NCBI GenBank assembly: GCA_044450345.1
Contig: JBIOIY010000042.1
Coordinates: 1-27,191, forward strand
Reading direction: 5' to 3'
DNA from: Thermodesulfovibrionales bacterium
GTDB taxonomy: Bacteria > Nitrospirota > Thermodesulfovibrionia > Thermodesulfovibrionales > UBA6898
Length of the DNA: 27,191 nucleotides
Position numbers and translations under genes: made by a program. Shown here in pieces: positions 18,911 through 27,009 of this stretch (position 1 is the first letter of the stretch; each line of letters starts with the position of its first letter). The notes beneath the pieces were generated by a model. It was not told the DNA's origin, did not search any database, and was given only the letters and a program-made list of their open reading frames with translations.

Positions 18911-18974
18911 CATTGCCGGAGGTGAGAGCCGCGAGCCCGAGCGTTGCGAGCGTCGCCAAGCTCCATCGTTAGGA
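18911..18974 (-). other. Degenerate integron attC-like sequence
   Basis: Minus strand, ~25 nt after the ICMT stop: TCCTAAC-GATGGAGCTTGGCGACGCTCGCAACGCTCGGGCTCGCGGCTCTCACCTCCGGCAATG. It has an R''-like CCTAAC and a GC-rich imperfect palindrome, but no intact GTTRRRY. Confidence 0.3.
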
Positions 18975-18999
18975 GTGCACACACGGGGTGAACGCCCTT

Positions 19000-19677
19000 C
19001 TACCAAATGTGAGGTATAAGACGATACAGGACCTTCTTCCGGTATTCCGTATATCCAGAAAGATTCCCCACGAGGAAGCTCTCCTCGTCATAGAGCCGCC
19101 AAATCAGAAATGGTATCATGACAACGAGCGCGAGGAGGCCCCAAAACGAGCCCAGGGCAAGGGGTGTGCCGACCAGGTACAGTAATGCACTTGCGTACAT
19201 CGGATGGCGGACAATGGCATACGGCCCGGTAGAAATAACCTTCTGATCCTCCGCGACTTCGATGGTCGCTGAAGCGAACGTGTTCTCTTTGTAGACGCGG
19301 AAAATGAAATGGAACCCTATCGCAACGAGAACATCCCCGACTATAACGACGGAGAGCGGCATTGCAGACCACCCGAAGCGGTGGTCGAGCGCAGGGACGA
19401 CAAGAAGGGCAATAAAGCCGATTGACGTACAGAGCATAATGAGCTTCTGTGTTCTCCGCTTTTCCGCAGTTGGCCCACCGCGCATACGACGATCGAGAAG
19501 CGCGGGGGCCTTTTTCATGAGATAGAGCGTGGTAAGGAGGGATGCCCCCGTAAAGATCGACAGGTACACCCATGCCTGCCAGTAGTGGATGGTCCAAGCG
19601 GGAACGAATAGTAGAAGACCCATTACGACTGCAAGGACGACAAGGCTTAGCCATGCCTGTGCATTAATATTGCGCAT
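19000..19677 (-). CDS. Isoprenylcysteine carboxyl methyltransferase (Ste14/PEMT) family membrane protein
   Basis: Multiple TM helices, ENTFASATI, QKVISTGPYAIVRHPMY, EE..L...L.GY.EY...V.YRLIP. Confidence 0.93.
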   Translation of the reverse strand: MRNINAQAWLSLVVLAVVMGLLLFVPAWTIHYWQAWVYLSIFTGASLLTTLYLMKKAPALLDRRMRGGPTAEKRRTQKLIMLCTSIGFIALLVVPALDHRFGWSAMPLSVVIVGDVLVAIGFHFIFRVYKENTFASATIEVAEDQKVISTGPYAIVRHPMYASALLYLVGTPLALGSFWGLLALVVMIPFLIWRLYDEESFLVGNLSGYTEYRKKVLYRLIPHIW

Positions 19678-19935
19678 AGCCTTATCTTACCACTGCCGTC
19701 TATTCTGTTGAAGCCGCGTTCTGTGGCTCGCGATCACGTTCGAACCCGACAAGGAGATAATTTTCATAATTTCTCCTCACCATTGACATTAGAACATTCA
19801 GATGACTCTGCAGGTCAGTGGCGGAAATGGATGCGTAGCTTGTCAGCCTCGCTGTTGGCTTCCTGACTGATCTTATAGTCAATTGCTTTTTTCACCTTTT
19901 TCTGGTGTTATAGAGTGATTCAATACAGGGGAAAC

Positions 19936-20175
19936 ATGGAAAAGAGGGAAAGACACAAGACTTATAGGAAACAAGGAGAACCTTCCATAGAAGAATGCCA
20001 AGACCTTGCTGCGATTTCTATTCAACAAATGAGAAATAAAAATAGAGAACCAACCATTGAGAGCCTTGTCAAAAGATACTTGATATCTGATAAGATGGCG
20101 AGTGCGCTACTTTCTCAAGAGCCTCCACAAACACACCCTGACCATGATGCATATCCACATGCAAAAATTGATTAA
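19936..20175 (+). CDS. Hypothetical protein (79 aa)
   Basis: AGGGG RBS before ATG 19936; co-oriented with the receiver gene; no recognisable motif. Confidence 0.4.
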   Translation: MEKRERHKTYRKQGEPSIEECQDLAAISIQQMRNKNREPTIESLVKRYLISDKMASALLSQEPPQTHPDHDAYPHAKID

Positions 20176-20261
20176 CACGCGTTGCATCAGTGCATCAAGG
20201 AAATAGTGAGGCTTTCTTTGAAGACAAATACCCAGAATAGACGCTCGCTGAGGAGCACGTC

Positions 20262-20612
20262 ATGAAAATTTTAGTCGTTGATGATGACGAAAATAACCTA
20301 TTATTAACCAAATTAGAACTTAGCGACGAGCTCTGGCAAGTGATTACGGCCTCAAATGGGCAGGAAGCCATGGAACTTTTTGAGAGTGAAAACCCCGATA
20401 TGGTAATCGTCGATGTCAAGATGCCTGGCATCGATGGATTAACACTATTGAAGAAAATGAAGGATATACGACCAGAAATACCAATAGCAATCTTTACTGG
20501 CTACGACGAAGCAGCCTTAACTGTACCGGATGAAGCGGACGCTATCATGATCAAGTCTTCTTCTTACAAAAAATTAAAAGAATTCGTCAGAAAATATGCC
20601 CCAGACAAGTAA
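20262..20612 (+). CDS. Single-domain response regulator (receiver)
   Basis: MKILVVDDDE, phospho-acceptor in IVDVKMPGIDG, conserved Thr (IFTG) and Lys (MIKS); GAGGAG RBS. Confidence 0.93.
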   Translation: MKILVVDDDENNLLLTKLELSDELWQVITASNGQEAMELFESENPDMVIVDVKMPGIDGLTLLKKMKDIRPEIPIAIFTGYDEAALTVPDEADAIMIKSSSYKKLKEFVRKYAPDK

Positions 20613-21266
20613 ACTGTATCCTGTCCAGCTTTTCTGATACAACCAATCCCCATTCAGGACACTGTTTTTTAAAGAATCCTATTTTTTCTTGATTTACTTT
20701 CTATGCCGGTTCCGTCATTCCTACCTTCCTAAATTTCCCGTCAGTTCAATCGTCGGCAGTCTTAACGGATGGATTTTCCATCCTCGCCGCAGCAAGGGTT
20801 TTCTCGAATTCCTCGGTCGACATCACGCCGAAATTATGGATTCTACGACTTTCCCGCCCCCCCCGTGATTATCTCGCCGATGACCTCGCCCGTAGCAAGT
20901 CTCTTGAAACACATCGCTGCCTTGTCCTTCATTGTTGAATTTCGGCTTCCTGAGTGACCACAGAAAACAATGACGCGGTTCGGCCTCGATGGCCAAGAAA
21001 TAAAAGCACTGTATCGAACGGAACGGTGGAATGCAACTTAAGAGTATGTTTTGGAAAATGGGAATCAAGAAAGCAGGAATTCTTGACAGCACCTGCTTTG
21101 TCAGATGATCATGTGATGCGTTAAGCTTCATGTTCACACACGGCATCCGCCGTGGTAAGCTGTAAATGGAGGAGGTGGACACAGTCTATTAACGAGAGTC
21201 TCTCCTCGACCGTGTACAGAGGACGCGAGTCGAGAAAAGACACCAAAAAGGAGGACGGAGGACTAT

Positions 21267-21830
21267 ATGAAGAGTAAGAGGATTTACAGAGTTCTTGTAC
21301 TGGTCTTATGTTTTATGTTTGCGTTTACTCTGCCGGCTGCTGTGTCGCACGCAAAGACACGGGGAGAGATCAATGCGAGTGTCAAAGCAGCGATGGACCG
21401 GTTCAAGAAGCAGGTTAAAGGAAGCACGGAATATCTCAAGGGAGCCAAGGGAGTGCTCGTCATGCCGGGCATCACCAAGGCCGGGTTCGTCGTCGGTGGT
21501 AAGTACGGCCAAGGCGCACTGCTGATTGGCGATAAAACCGTTGACTACTACAGCCTTGCGGAAGGTTCGCTGGGATGGCAGATTGGCGCTGAGAAGTACG
21601 ACATGGTCATATTGTTCATGACCGATGAGGTCCTGAAGAAATTCCACAGCGGTGAGAACTGGGAAGCCGGCGTGGATGCTGAGGTCACACTTATCGATGT
21701 AGGCAAGCAAGCCACTGTTGAGACACTGCGGAGTCAGCACCCTATCGCAGGTTTTGTTTTCGGACAGAAGGGGCTGATGGGAGGCGTATCAATTAAGGGA
21801 GCGAAGTTCACCAAGATAAAAACCGATTAA
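21267..21830 (+). CDS. Secreted SYLF/YSC84-related lipid-binding domain protein
   Basis: Signal peptide, AKGVLVMPGITKAGFVVGGKYGQGAL, GSLGWQIG, QKGLMGGVSIKGAKFTKI. Confidence 0.92.
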   Translation: MKSKRIYRVLVLVLCFMFAFTLPAAVSHAKTRGEINASVKAAMDRFKKQVKGSTEYLKGAKGVLVMPGITKAGFVVGGKYGQGALLIGDKTVDYYSLAEGSLGWQIGAEKYDMVILFMTDEVLKKFHSGENWEAGVDAEVTLIDVGKQATVETLRSQHPIAGFVFGQKGLMGGVSIKGAKFTKIKTD

Positions 21831-21910
21831 CGTAAAGTCCCTGGTGCGGTGATCCTCTGCACCTTGCCAGACGGACTCGGGCCTCTTACGTGTGAAAGTT
21901 GACGGTACTG

Positions 21911-22063
21911 ATGCGCGAGAAACTGGAAGCAAAAAAATTGACACCAATCGGCTCAGCGACATTTTGGAAATCACGCAATCGCTTTATCGAGGGGTTAGGT
22001 GCTTCAGGAGTAATCCTGCTGATTGTGGGGGGTTTTTTGGTGGTTGTTGGTTTTGTATTTTGA
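21911..22063 (+). CDS. Possible 50-aa small protein with a C-terminal TM helix
   Basis: Hand translation MREKLEAKKLTPIGSATFWKSRNRFIEGLGASGVILLIVGGFLVVVGFVF*; weak RBS. Confidence 0.35.
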   Translation: MREKLEAKKLTPIGSATFWKSRNRFIEGLGASGVILLIVGGFLVVVGFVF

Positions 22064-22147
22064 GAGGTCCTCCCCCTTGCATAAACCCGGCGTTCTGCAA
22101 TAATGGAGGTGAGATTGATTTTTTCTTTAAAAGGAAAAAGGGGAAAG

Positions 22148-22552
22148 ATGAAGAGACATAAATACTTATCTGCTATGATCTGCATCTCCTTTTTGATGGT
22201 TCTGTTTTTGCTTGGACTCTCAAGAAATGTTCGGGGTGAGGTGAAAGAAGTAGACACTACTGTCCAGGGGAAAGAATTTAAGTGGAAAACGAAAGAGAAA
22301 TTTGACGAGCTGAGCAAGAAGATAAATGAACTCGGAGCGAAGGCAGAGAATACCGACTCAAAGACAACGGCCGATGTTAAGAAGAAGATGAATGAGCTGA
22401 GGGAAAAACGTGCAGTTTTACGGATCAATATGGAGAAACTCGATGTGGTGAGCAAGGATCAATGGGAAACTGCAAGACAGAAAGTAGAGTCTGAAATGGA
22501 CGAACTGGAGAAGGCATATAATAAGGCTCGTTCCCTTTTTGAATCAGAATGA
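22148..22552 (+). CDS. Secreted Lys/Glu-rich coiled-coil protein; paralog of 2602..3054
   Basis: ATG 22148 after a purine-rich RBS; aligns with the 2602..3054 product from the signal peptide to the C-terminal F.SE. Confidence 0.82.
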   Translation: MKRHKYLSAMICISFLMVLFLLGLSRNVRGEVKEVDTTVQGKEFKWKTKEKFDELSKKINELGAKAENTDSKTTADVKKKMNELREKRAVLRINMEKLDVVSKDQWETARQKVESEMDELEKAYNKARSLFESE

Positions 22553-22612
22553 AGCACCAGCGGTACTTACGATGAGATTCGTCTAAATGAGAGTTCTTAA
22601 AGAGGAGGTAGC

Positions 22613-24742
22613 ATGAAAATATGGCCTGGAAAGCCCTATCCGCTAGGTGCAACGTGGGATGGCAAGGGTGTCAACTTTGCGCTCTTTACAGAAAATGCCG
22701 AGCAGGTGGAGTTATGCCTGTTTGATGCTCCCATAGGGAAACCGGAAACAGCGCGTATCAAGATGCTCGACCACACGGACCAGGTATGGCATGTCTATCT
22801 TCCGGAAGCGCGTCCCGGACAGTTTTATGGTTACCGGGTTCATGGGCCCTATGAGCCCGAGAAAGGCCACAGGTTCAACCCTTATAAGCTCTTAATAGAC
22901 CCATATGCCAAGGCTATCACAAGCGATGTCCAGTGGGATGATTCCCTTTATGGATATACAGTCGGTCACTCTGGTGAAGACATCAGCAGGGACGAAAGGG
23001 ACAGCGCATCATATATTCCCAAATGTGCCGTAATAGATCCTGCCTTCGACTGGGAAGACGACCGTCATCCGGCGATCCCCTGGCATAAAACCCTCATTTA
23101 CGAACTGCACGTGAAGGGGTTTACCGCCCGCCATCCGAAAGTGCCCCCTGAAATCCGGGGCACTTACTCCGGCCTGGTCTGTGACGAAGTGATCGATTAT
23201 ATCCGCTCTCTCGGCATGACCGCGGTGGAACTTATGCCGGTCCATCATTTTGTCTCGGAAGGACCTCTGGTGAAAAGGGGGCTCACCAATTACTGGGGGT
23301 ATAATTCGATCGGTTTTTTCGCTCCCGATGTCCGCTACAGCAGTTCAGGCGCATTCGGACAGCAGACAGCTGAATTTAAGACAATGGTCAAGAAATTTCA
23401 CAACGAAGGGATAGAGGTGATCCTCGATGTCGTTTATAACCATACCGCCGAGGGCAATCAACTGGGCCCAACCCTGTCTTTCAGGGGAATCGACAATGCC
23501 TGTTATTACCGGCTCGAGCCCGGAAAGAGCCGCTACTACGTGGATTATACGGGAACGGGAAATACGCTGAACATGATGCATCCCCGTGTGCTCCAGCTCA
23601 TCATGGACTCCCTCAGATACTGGGTCCTCGAGATGCATGTCGACGGGTTCAGGTTCGATCTGGCGTCGGCCCTGGCCCGCGAACTCCATGAAGTAGACAG
23701 GCTGGGCTCTTTCTTCGACGTCATTCATCAAGATCCGGTGATATCCCAGGTCAAACTCATAGCCGAACCCTGGGACCTTGGAGAAGGAGGGTATCAGGTC
23801 GGGAACTTTCCGGTGCTATGGGCGGAATGGAACGGCAAATACCGTGACACCGTAAGACGCTTTTGGCGGGGCGACGAGGGGCAGGCAGCAGACCTCGCCT
23901 ACCGGCTGACAGGCAGCAGCGACCTGTATGCGCACGAAGGACGCAGGCCGTATGCGAGTATCAACTTCGTAACAGCACATGACGGATTTACGCTGAACGA
24001 CCTTGTAAGCTACAACTCCCGGCATAACGAGGCAAACGGAGAAGAAAACCGCGACGGGACGAACGATGACCTGAGCTCAAATTCCGGGGTCGAGGGATCG
24101 ACCGACGACCCTGAACTAGTCAAATTACGCGAACGCCAGAAGCGGAATTTTCTTGCAACTCTCTTTGTCTCTCAGGGGGTGCCGATGCTTCTTGCCGGCG
24201 ATGAGGCGGGACGGACCCAGCAGGGAAACAACAACGCCTATTGCCAGGACAACGAAATTTCATGGGTAGACTGGGACCTTGACCAAAAGCGAAAAAATCT
24301 CCTTGAATTCGCCAAGTTCGTAATACGCTTCTTCAAACAACATCCCGTATTACGGCGCAGGCATTTTTTCCAGGGCAGGAAGATCCGGGGTTCTGAAGTG
24401 AAGGACCTGACATGGTTCCGGCCCGATGGAAAAGAAATGACCGAAGAGGACTGGGACAATCCGGGGACCCGATGCATCGGCTTAAGAATGGCAGGTGACG
24501 CAATAGACGAGACAGATGAACACGGCAATGCGATCACTGACGACACGCTGCTGGCGCTTCTGAACGCTCACGATAAGGCAGTCCAGTTTGTTTTGCCTTC
24601 ACAGCACCAGTGTCGGCAGTGGACGGTTGTTTTGGATTCCCGGGAAGTAACCCCGGAAAAGCAGGTTGTTCGGAAAGAGGCAGGGGGACCATTTACACTG
24701 GAGGCGCGTTCTCTGGCAATTCTCAGTTGTGAATCGGGGTAA
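22613..24742 (+). CDS. glgX: Glycogen debranching enzyme (GH13 isoamylase)
   Basis: PGKPYPLGATWDG, NYWGYN, DVVYNHTAEG, DGFRFDLA, IAEPWD, FVTAHDGFTL, QGNNNAYCQDNE; GAGGAGG RBS. Confidence 0.97.
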   Translation: MKIWPGKPYPLGATWDGKGVNFALFTENAEQVELCLFDAPIGKPETARIKMLDHTDQVWHVYLPEARPGQFYGYRVHGPYEPEKGHRFNPYKLLIDPYAKAITSDVQWDDSLYGYTVGHSGEDISRDERDSASYIPKCAVIDPAFDWEDDRHPAIPWHKTLIYELHVKGFTARHPKVPPEIRGTYSGLVCDEVIDYIRSLGMTAVELMPVHHFVSEGPLVKRGLTNYWGYNSIGFFAPDVRYSSSGAFGQQTAEFKTMVKKFHNEGIEVILDVVYNHTAEGNQLGPTLSFRGIDNACYYRLEPGKSRYYVDYTGTGNTLNMMHPRVLQLIMDSLRYWVLEMHVDGFRFDLASALARELHEVDRLGSFFDVIHQDPVISQVKLIAEPWDLGEGGYQVGNFPVLWAEWNGKYRDTVRRFWRGDEGQAADLAYRLTGSSDLYAHEGRRPYASINFVTAHDGFTLNDLVSYNSRHNEANGEENRDGTNDDLSSNSGVEGSTDDPELVKLRERQKRNFLATLFVSQGVPMLLAGDEAGRTQQGNNNAYCQDNEISWVDWDLDQKRKNLLEFAKFVIRFFKQHPVLRRRHFFQGRKIRGSEVKDLTWFRPDGKEMTEEDWDNPGTRCIGLRMAGDAIDETDEHGNAITDDTLLALLNAHDKAVQFVLPSQHQCRQWTVVLDSREVTPEKQVVRKEAGGPFTLEARSLAILSCESG

Positions 24743-25007
24743 AAGAATTTGAACCATTCATCCGTTATAACCGCTTCGGTGAATCCGGAATCAACCTTAC
24801 GGTCATCCTTTGCGCCGACGAGTATGCCGATTAATATGTGATCATCCATGAATTCATCAAACGACTCCACCTGCGTTATAAAACAGAGGGAATAGAGACC
24901 GCCTCATCAGTTCAGGACACGATTATAGGAAAGATTACTTCAGAAACAGAGAGGCGGGATGCTCGAGAGAAGGGTGTTCAATCTCCCTTGCAATAGAAGA
25001 GAGCCTA

Positions 25008-25036
25008 TTGACAATTAGATATTCTTGACATACATT
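25008..25036 (+). promoter_or_regulatory. Sigma70-type promoter for the PilZ genes
   Basis: TTGACA-17 nt-TACATT; a second TTGACA lies at 25025-25030. Confidence 0.45.
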
Positions 25037-25052
25037 TTTTATAGGGGTGAAA

Positions 25053-25349
25053 ATGCCACGAGATATTTATGACAAAAGAAGACATAGGCGACATCTTTTT
25101 TTTCACAAAATAGAGTATTGTTCTGGGCCTTGCTCTCCCGGTGACACGTGTCATGGCTCGGTCATCAATATCAGCGAGTCCGGCATGTGCATGTATACTG
25201 ACAGACGACACGATGAAGGGGAAGATATAGAGATCTTGAATGCTTTCCCGGTGCCATATCAAAAAGCGACCATACGATGGGTAGTAAAATACTTTCACGA
25301 TCTTTATAAAATAGGACTTGCGTTTATTGATCAATATGCTATTCCATGA
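25053..25349 (+). CDS. Stand-alone PilZ-domain protein
   Basis: RxxxR (DKRRHRR) and [D/N]xSxxG (NISESG), followed by IRWV...YKIGLAF. Confidence 0.85.
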   Translation: MPRDIYDKRRHRRHLFFHKIEYCSGPCSPGDTCHGSVINISESGMCMYTDRRHDEGEDIEILNAFPVPYQKATIRWVVKYFHDLYKIGLAFIDQYAIP

Positions 25350-25420
25350 AGCGATGGGGGCGATCTGAATTTGCGATCGCACAACTAGTTCGTCGCATTA
25401 TTACATTCTAAGGAATCTGT

Positions 25421-25714
25421 ATGGAGCAGCAAAAGGAAAAACGCAAGCACCAGAGGGTCCCCTCCCAATCTCCATTTAACTTCACTGTCTTATCTATGCT
25501 TGGATCTGAATTCCAGAGAATTCAGTCCACCGGTACCATTAGGGATGTCAGCAAAGATGGCATAGAAATAATAACCGGGTTCCCCCTTCAGCCTGGGCAA
25601 GTGATTCACTGGGATGATAGACATAGGCGCAATAGGTTGCATATAGCCCTCGTTAAATGGTCTCGAAAGCAAAGCTGTCTTTACAAAGCCGGGTTGCAGT
25701 TTTTATCGAGATGA
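25421..25714 (+). CDS. Stand-alone PilZ-domain protein
   Basis: EKRKHQR, DVSKDG, VKWS...YKAGLQF; AAGGA RBS. Confidence 0.85.
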   Translation: MEQQKEKRKHQRVPSQSPFNFTVLSMLGSEFQRIQSTGTIRDVSKDGIEIITGFPLQPGQVIHWDDRHRRNRLHIALVKWSRKQSCLYKAGLQFLSR

Positions 25715-25805
25715 GTTGTTCCTCTTGTTATTGGATGAAGCAGCGATAATTTAATGGAGTAATTCACAACAGAATAAAGAATGCAGCGACAATGAGTACA
25801 GTCAT

Positions 25806-26990
25806 CTATGTACAGACCTCCCGGAACATTGTCCTCTGAGTGAGCATTGCAAAGATGAGGCGTATGAGTTTATGCGCCGTTGCGAAGACCGCCTTCTTGA
25901 ATGGTTGCCCCTCACTGCGTTTTTTCATATAGTACGCCCTGAAGATGGCGTTATGCTCGATAACGTGGGTGGTCATCAACCAGATCACTCGTCTAAGATG
26001 CCGGTTGCCCCGCTTCGATATCCTACTGCTGCCTTCGAACTTGCCTGACTGATACACCGTGGGATCTATTCCGGCAAAAGCGATAAGCTTCTTATGCGAG
26101 GCAAAGTTGCTGATACACCCTATCTCGGCAAGAAAGGTAGTCGCCGTACACTTGCTGATCCCATCGATCGACGTGATGATCTCGAAGTCTTCCAGCATCG
26201 ATGATTTACAGTACTCAGTCAGGATTTTGGTCAGTTCCTCATAACGCTCCCTGAGGTGCTGGAGCGTCCTGACCTTACCTTGTAAGATAAGCTCCTTTGC
26301 CGGGCTTATCGTTGCGATAGACCGCTTCGCAGCCTGTATTAGATCCTCTGCCGTATAGGTTAGTCTGGTCCCCACCCCTTTTCTCTGCAATATCTTCTGT
26401 ATGGCTTTCGGCTTTGCCATTTTCACCAGCCGGGCAGAAGGGAATGCCGCGATGAACTCCTGCATCACCCTGGTAGAGAAATCGCCGATTCGCTCCAATT
26501 CAGGAAAGGTACTTTGAAGCAGCCTCTTGACCTCGACCTTATGGGCGCTGAGCATGTTACATACGGACTCCCGCTCCCTGGCAATGTCCCGGAAGTCCTG
26601 CATGTCTTGGGACAACGACAGCTGGCTGATAGCGTCCTGGTGAACCAGAAGAAATTGGGCTATAGTCATGGCGTCCTTCTTGTCGGTCTTAGTTTTCCTC
26701 AGGGACAGTTTTGCGAAGTTGGAAATCAACAGGGGGTTGATCACTACGGTGGGGACCCCCTTTGCCGTGAGAAAGGAGTAGAGATTGATGTGGTAGCAAG
26801 CGGTTGATTCAACCGCTACCAGAACTTTCGAGAGGTCTTTACTGTGCTCTACAATCGCTTTCCACAACCGCAGGAATCCTTCTGAATCCATGTCAAATCC
26901 CAGGGAAAACTTCCCCTTTCCGCTACTGTCTATCCCCTGCGCTGAAGACGTGCCCTTGGCTACATTGATCCCAACCAAAAGCTCTGGCAT
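25806..26990 (-). CDS. IS110-family DEDD recombinase/transposase (first catalytic Asp replaced by Asn)
   Basis: AGGAGG RBS before ATG 26990; GINVAK, VESTACY, KTDKKDA, AFAGIDPTVYQSG, ISKRGNRHLR, ATAHKLIRLIFAML. Confidence 0.95.
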   Translation of the reverse strand: MPELLVGINVAKGTSSAQGIDSSGKGKFSLGFDMDSEGFLRLWKAIVEHSKDLSKVLVAVESTACYHINLYSFLTAKGVPTVVINPLLISNFAKLSLRKTKTDKKDAMTIAQFLLVHQDAISQLSLSQDMQDFRDIARERESVCNMLSAHKVEVKRLLQSTFPELERIGDFSTRVMQEFIAAFPSARLVKMAKPKAIQKILQRKGVGTRLTYTAEDLIQAAKRSIATISPAKELILQGKVRTLQHLRERYEELTKILTEYCKSSMLEDFEIITSIDGISKCTATTFLAEIGCISNFASHKKLIAFAGIDPTVYQSGKFEGSSRISKRGNRHLRRVIWLMTTHVIEHNAIFRAYYMKKRSEGQPFKKAVFATAHKLIRLIFAMLTQRTMFREVCT

Positions 26991-27009
26991 AGCACCACCT
27001 CCTTGGATT

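Noticed and set aside
21892..22161. Cys-containing 89-aa ORF (CxxxxxxC/CGGFFGGC)
   Set aside because: Looks like an off-frame reading of the G/T-rich TM-coding stretch; no RBS, and it overlaps the next gene.
24568..24870. 100-aa minus-strand ORF overlapping the glgX 3' end
   Set aside because: Overlaps glgX by ~175 nt antisense and has no recognisable motif.
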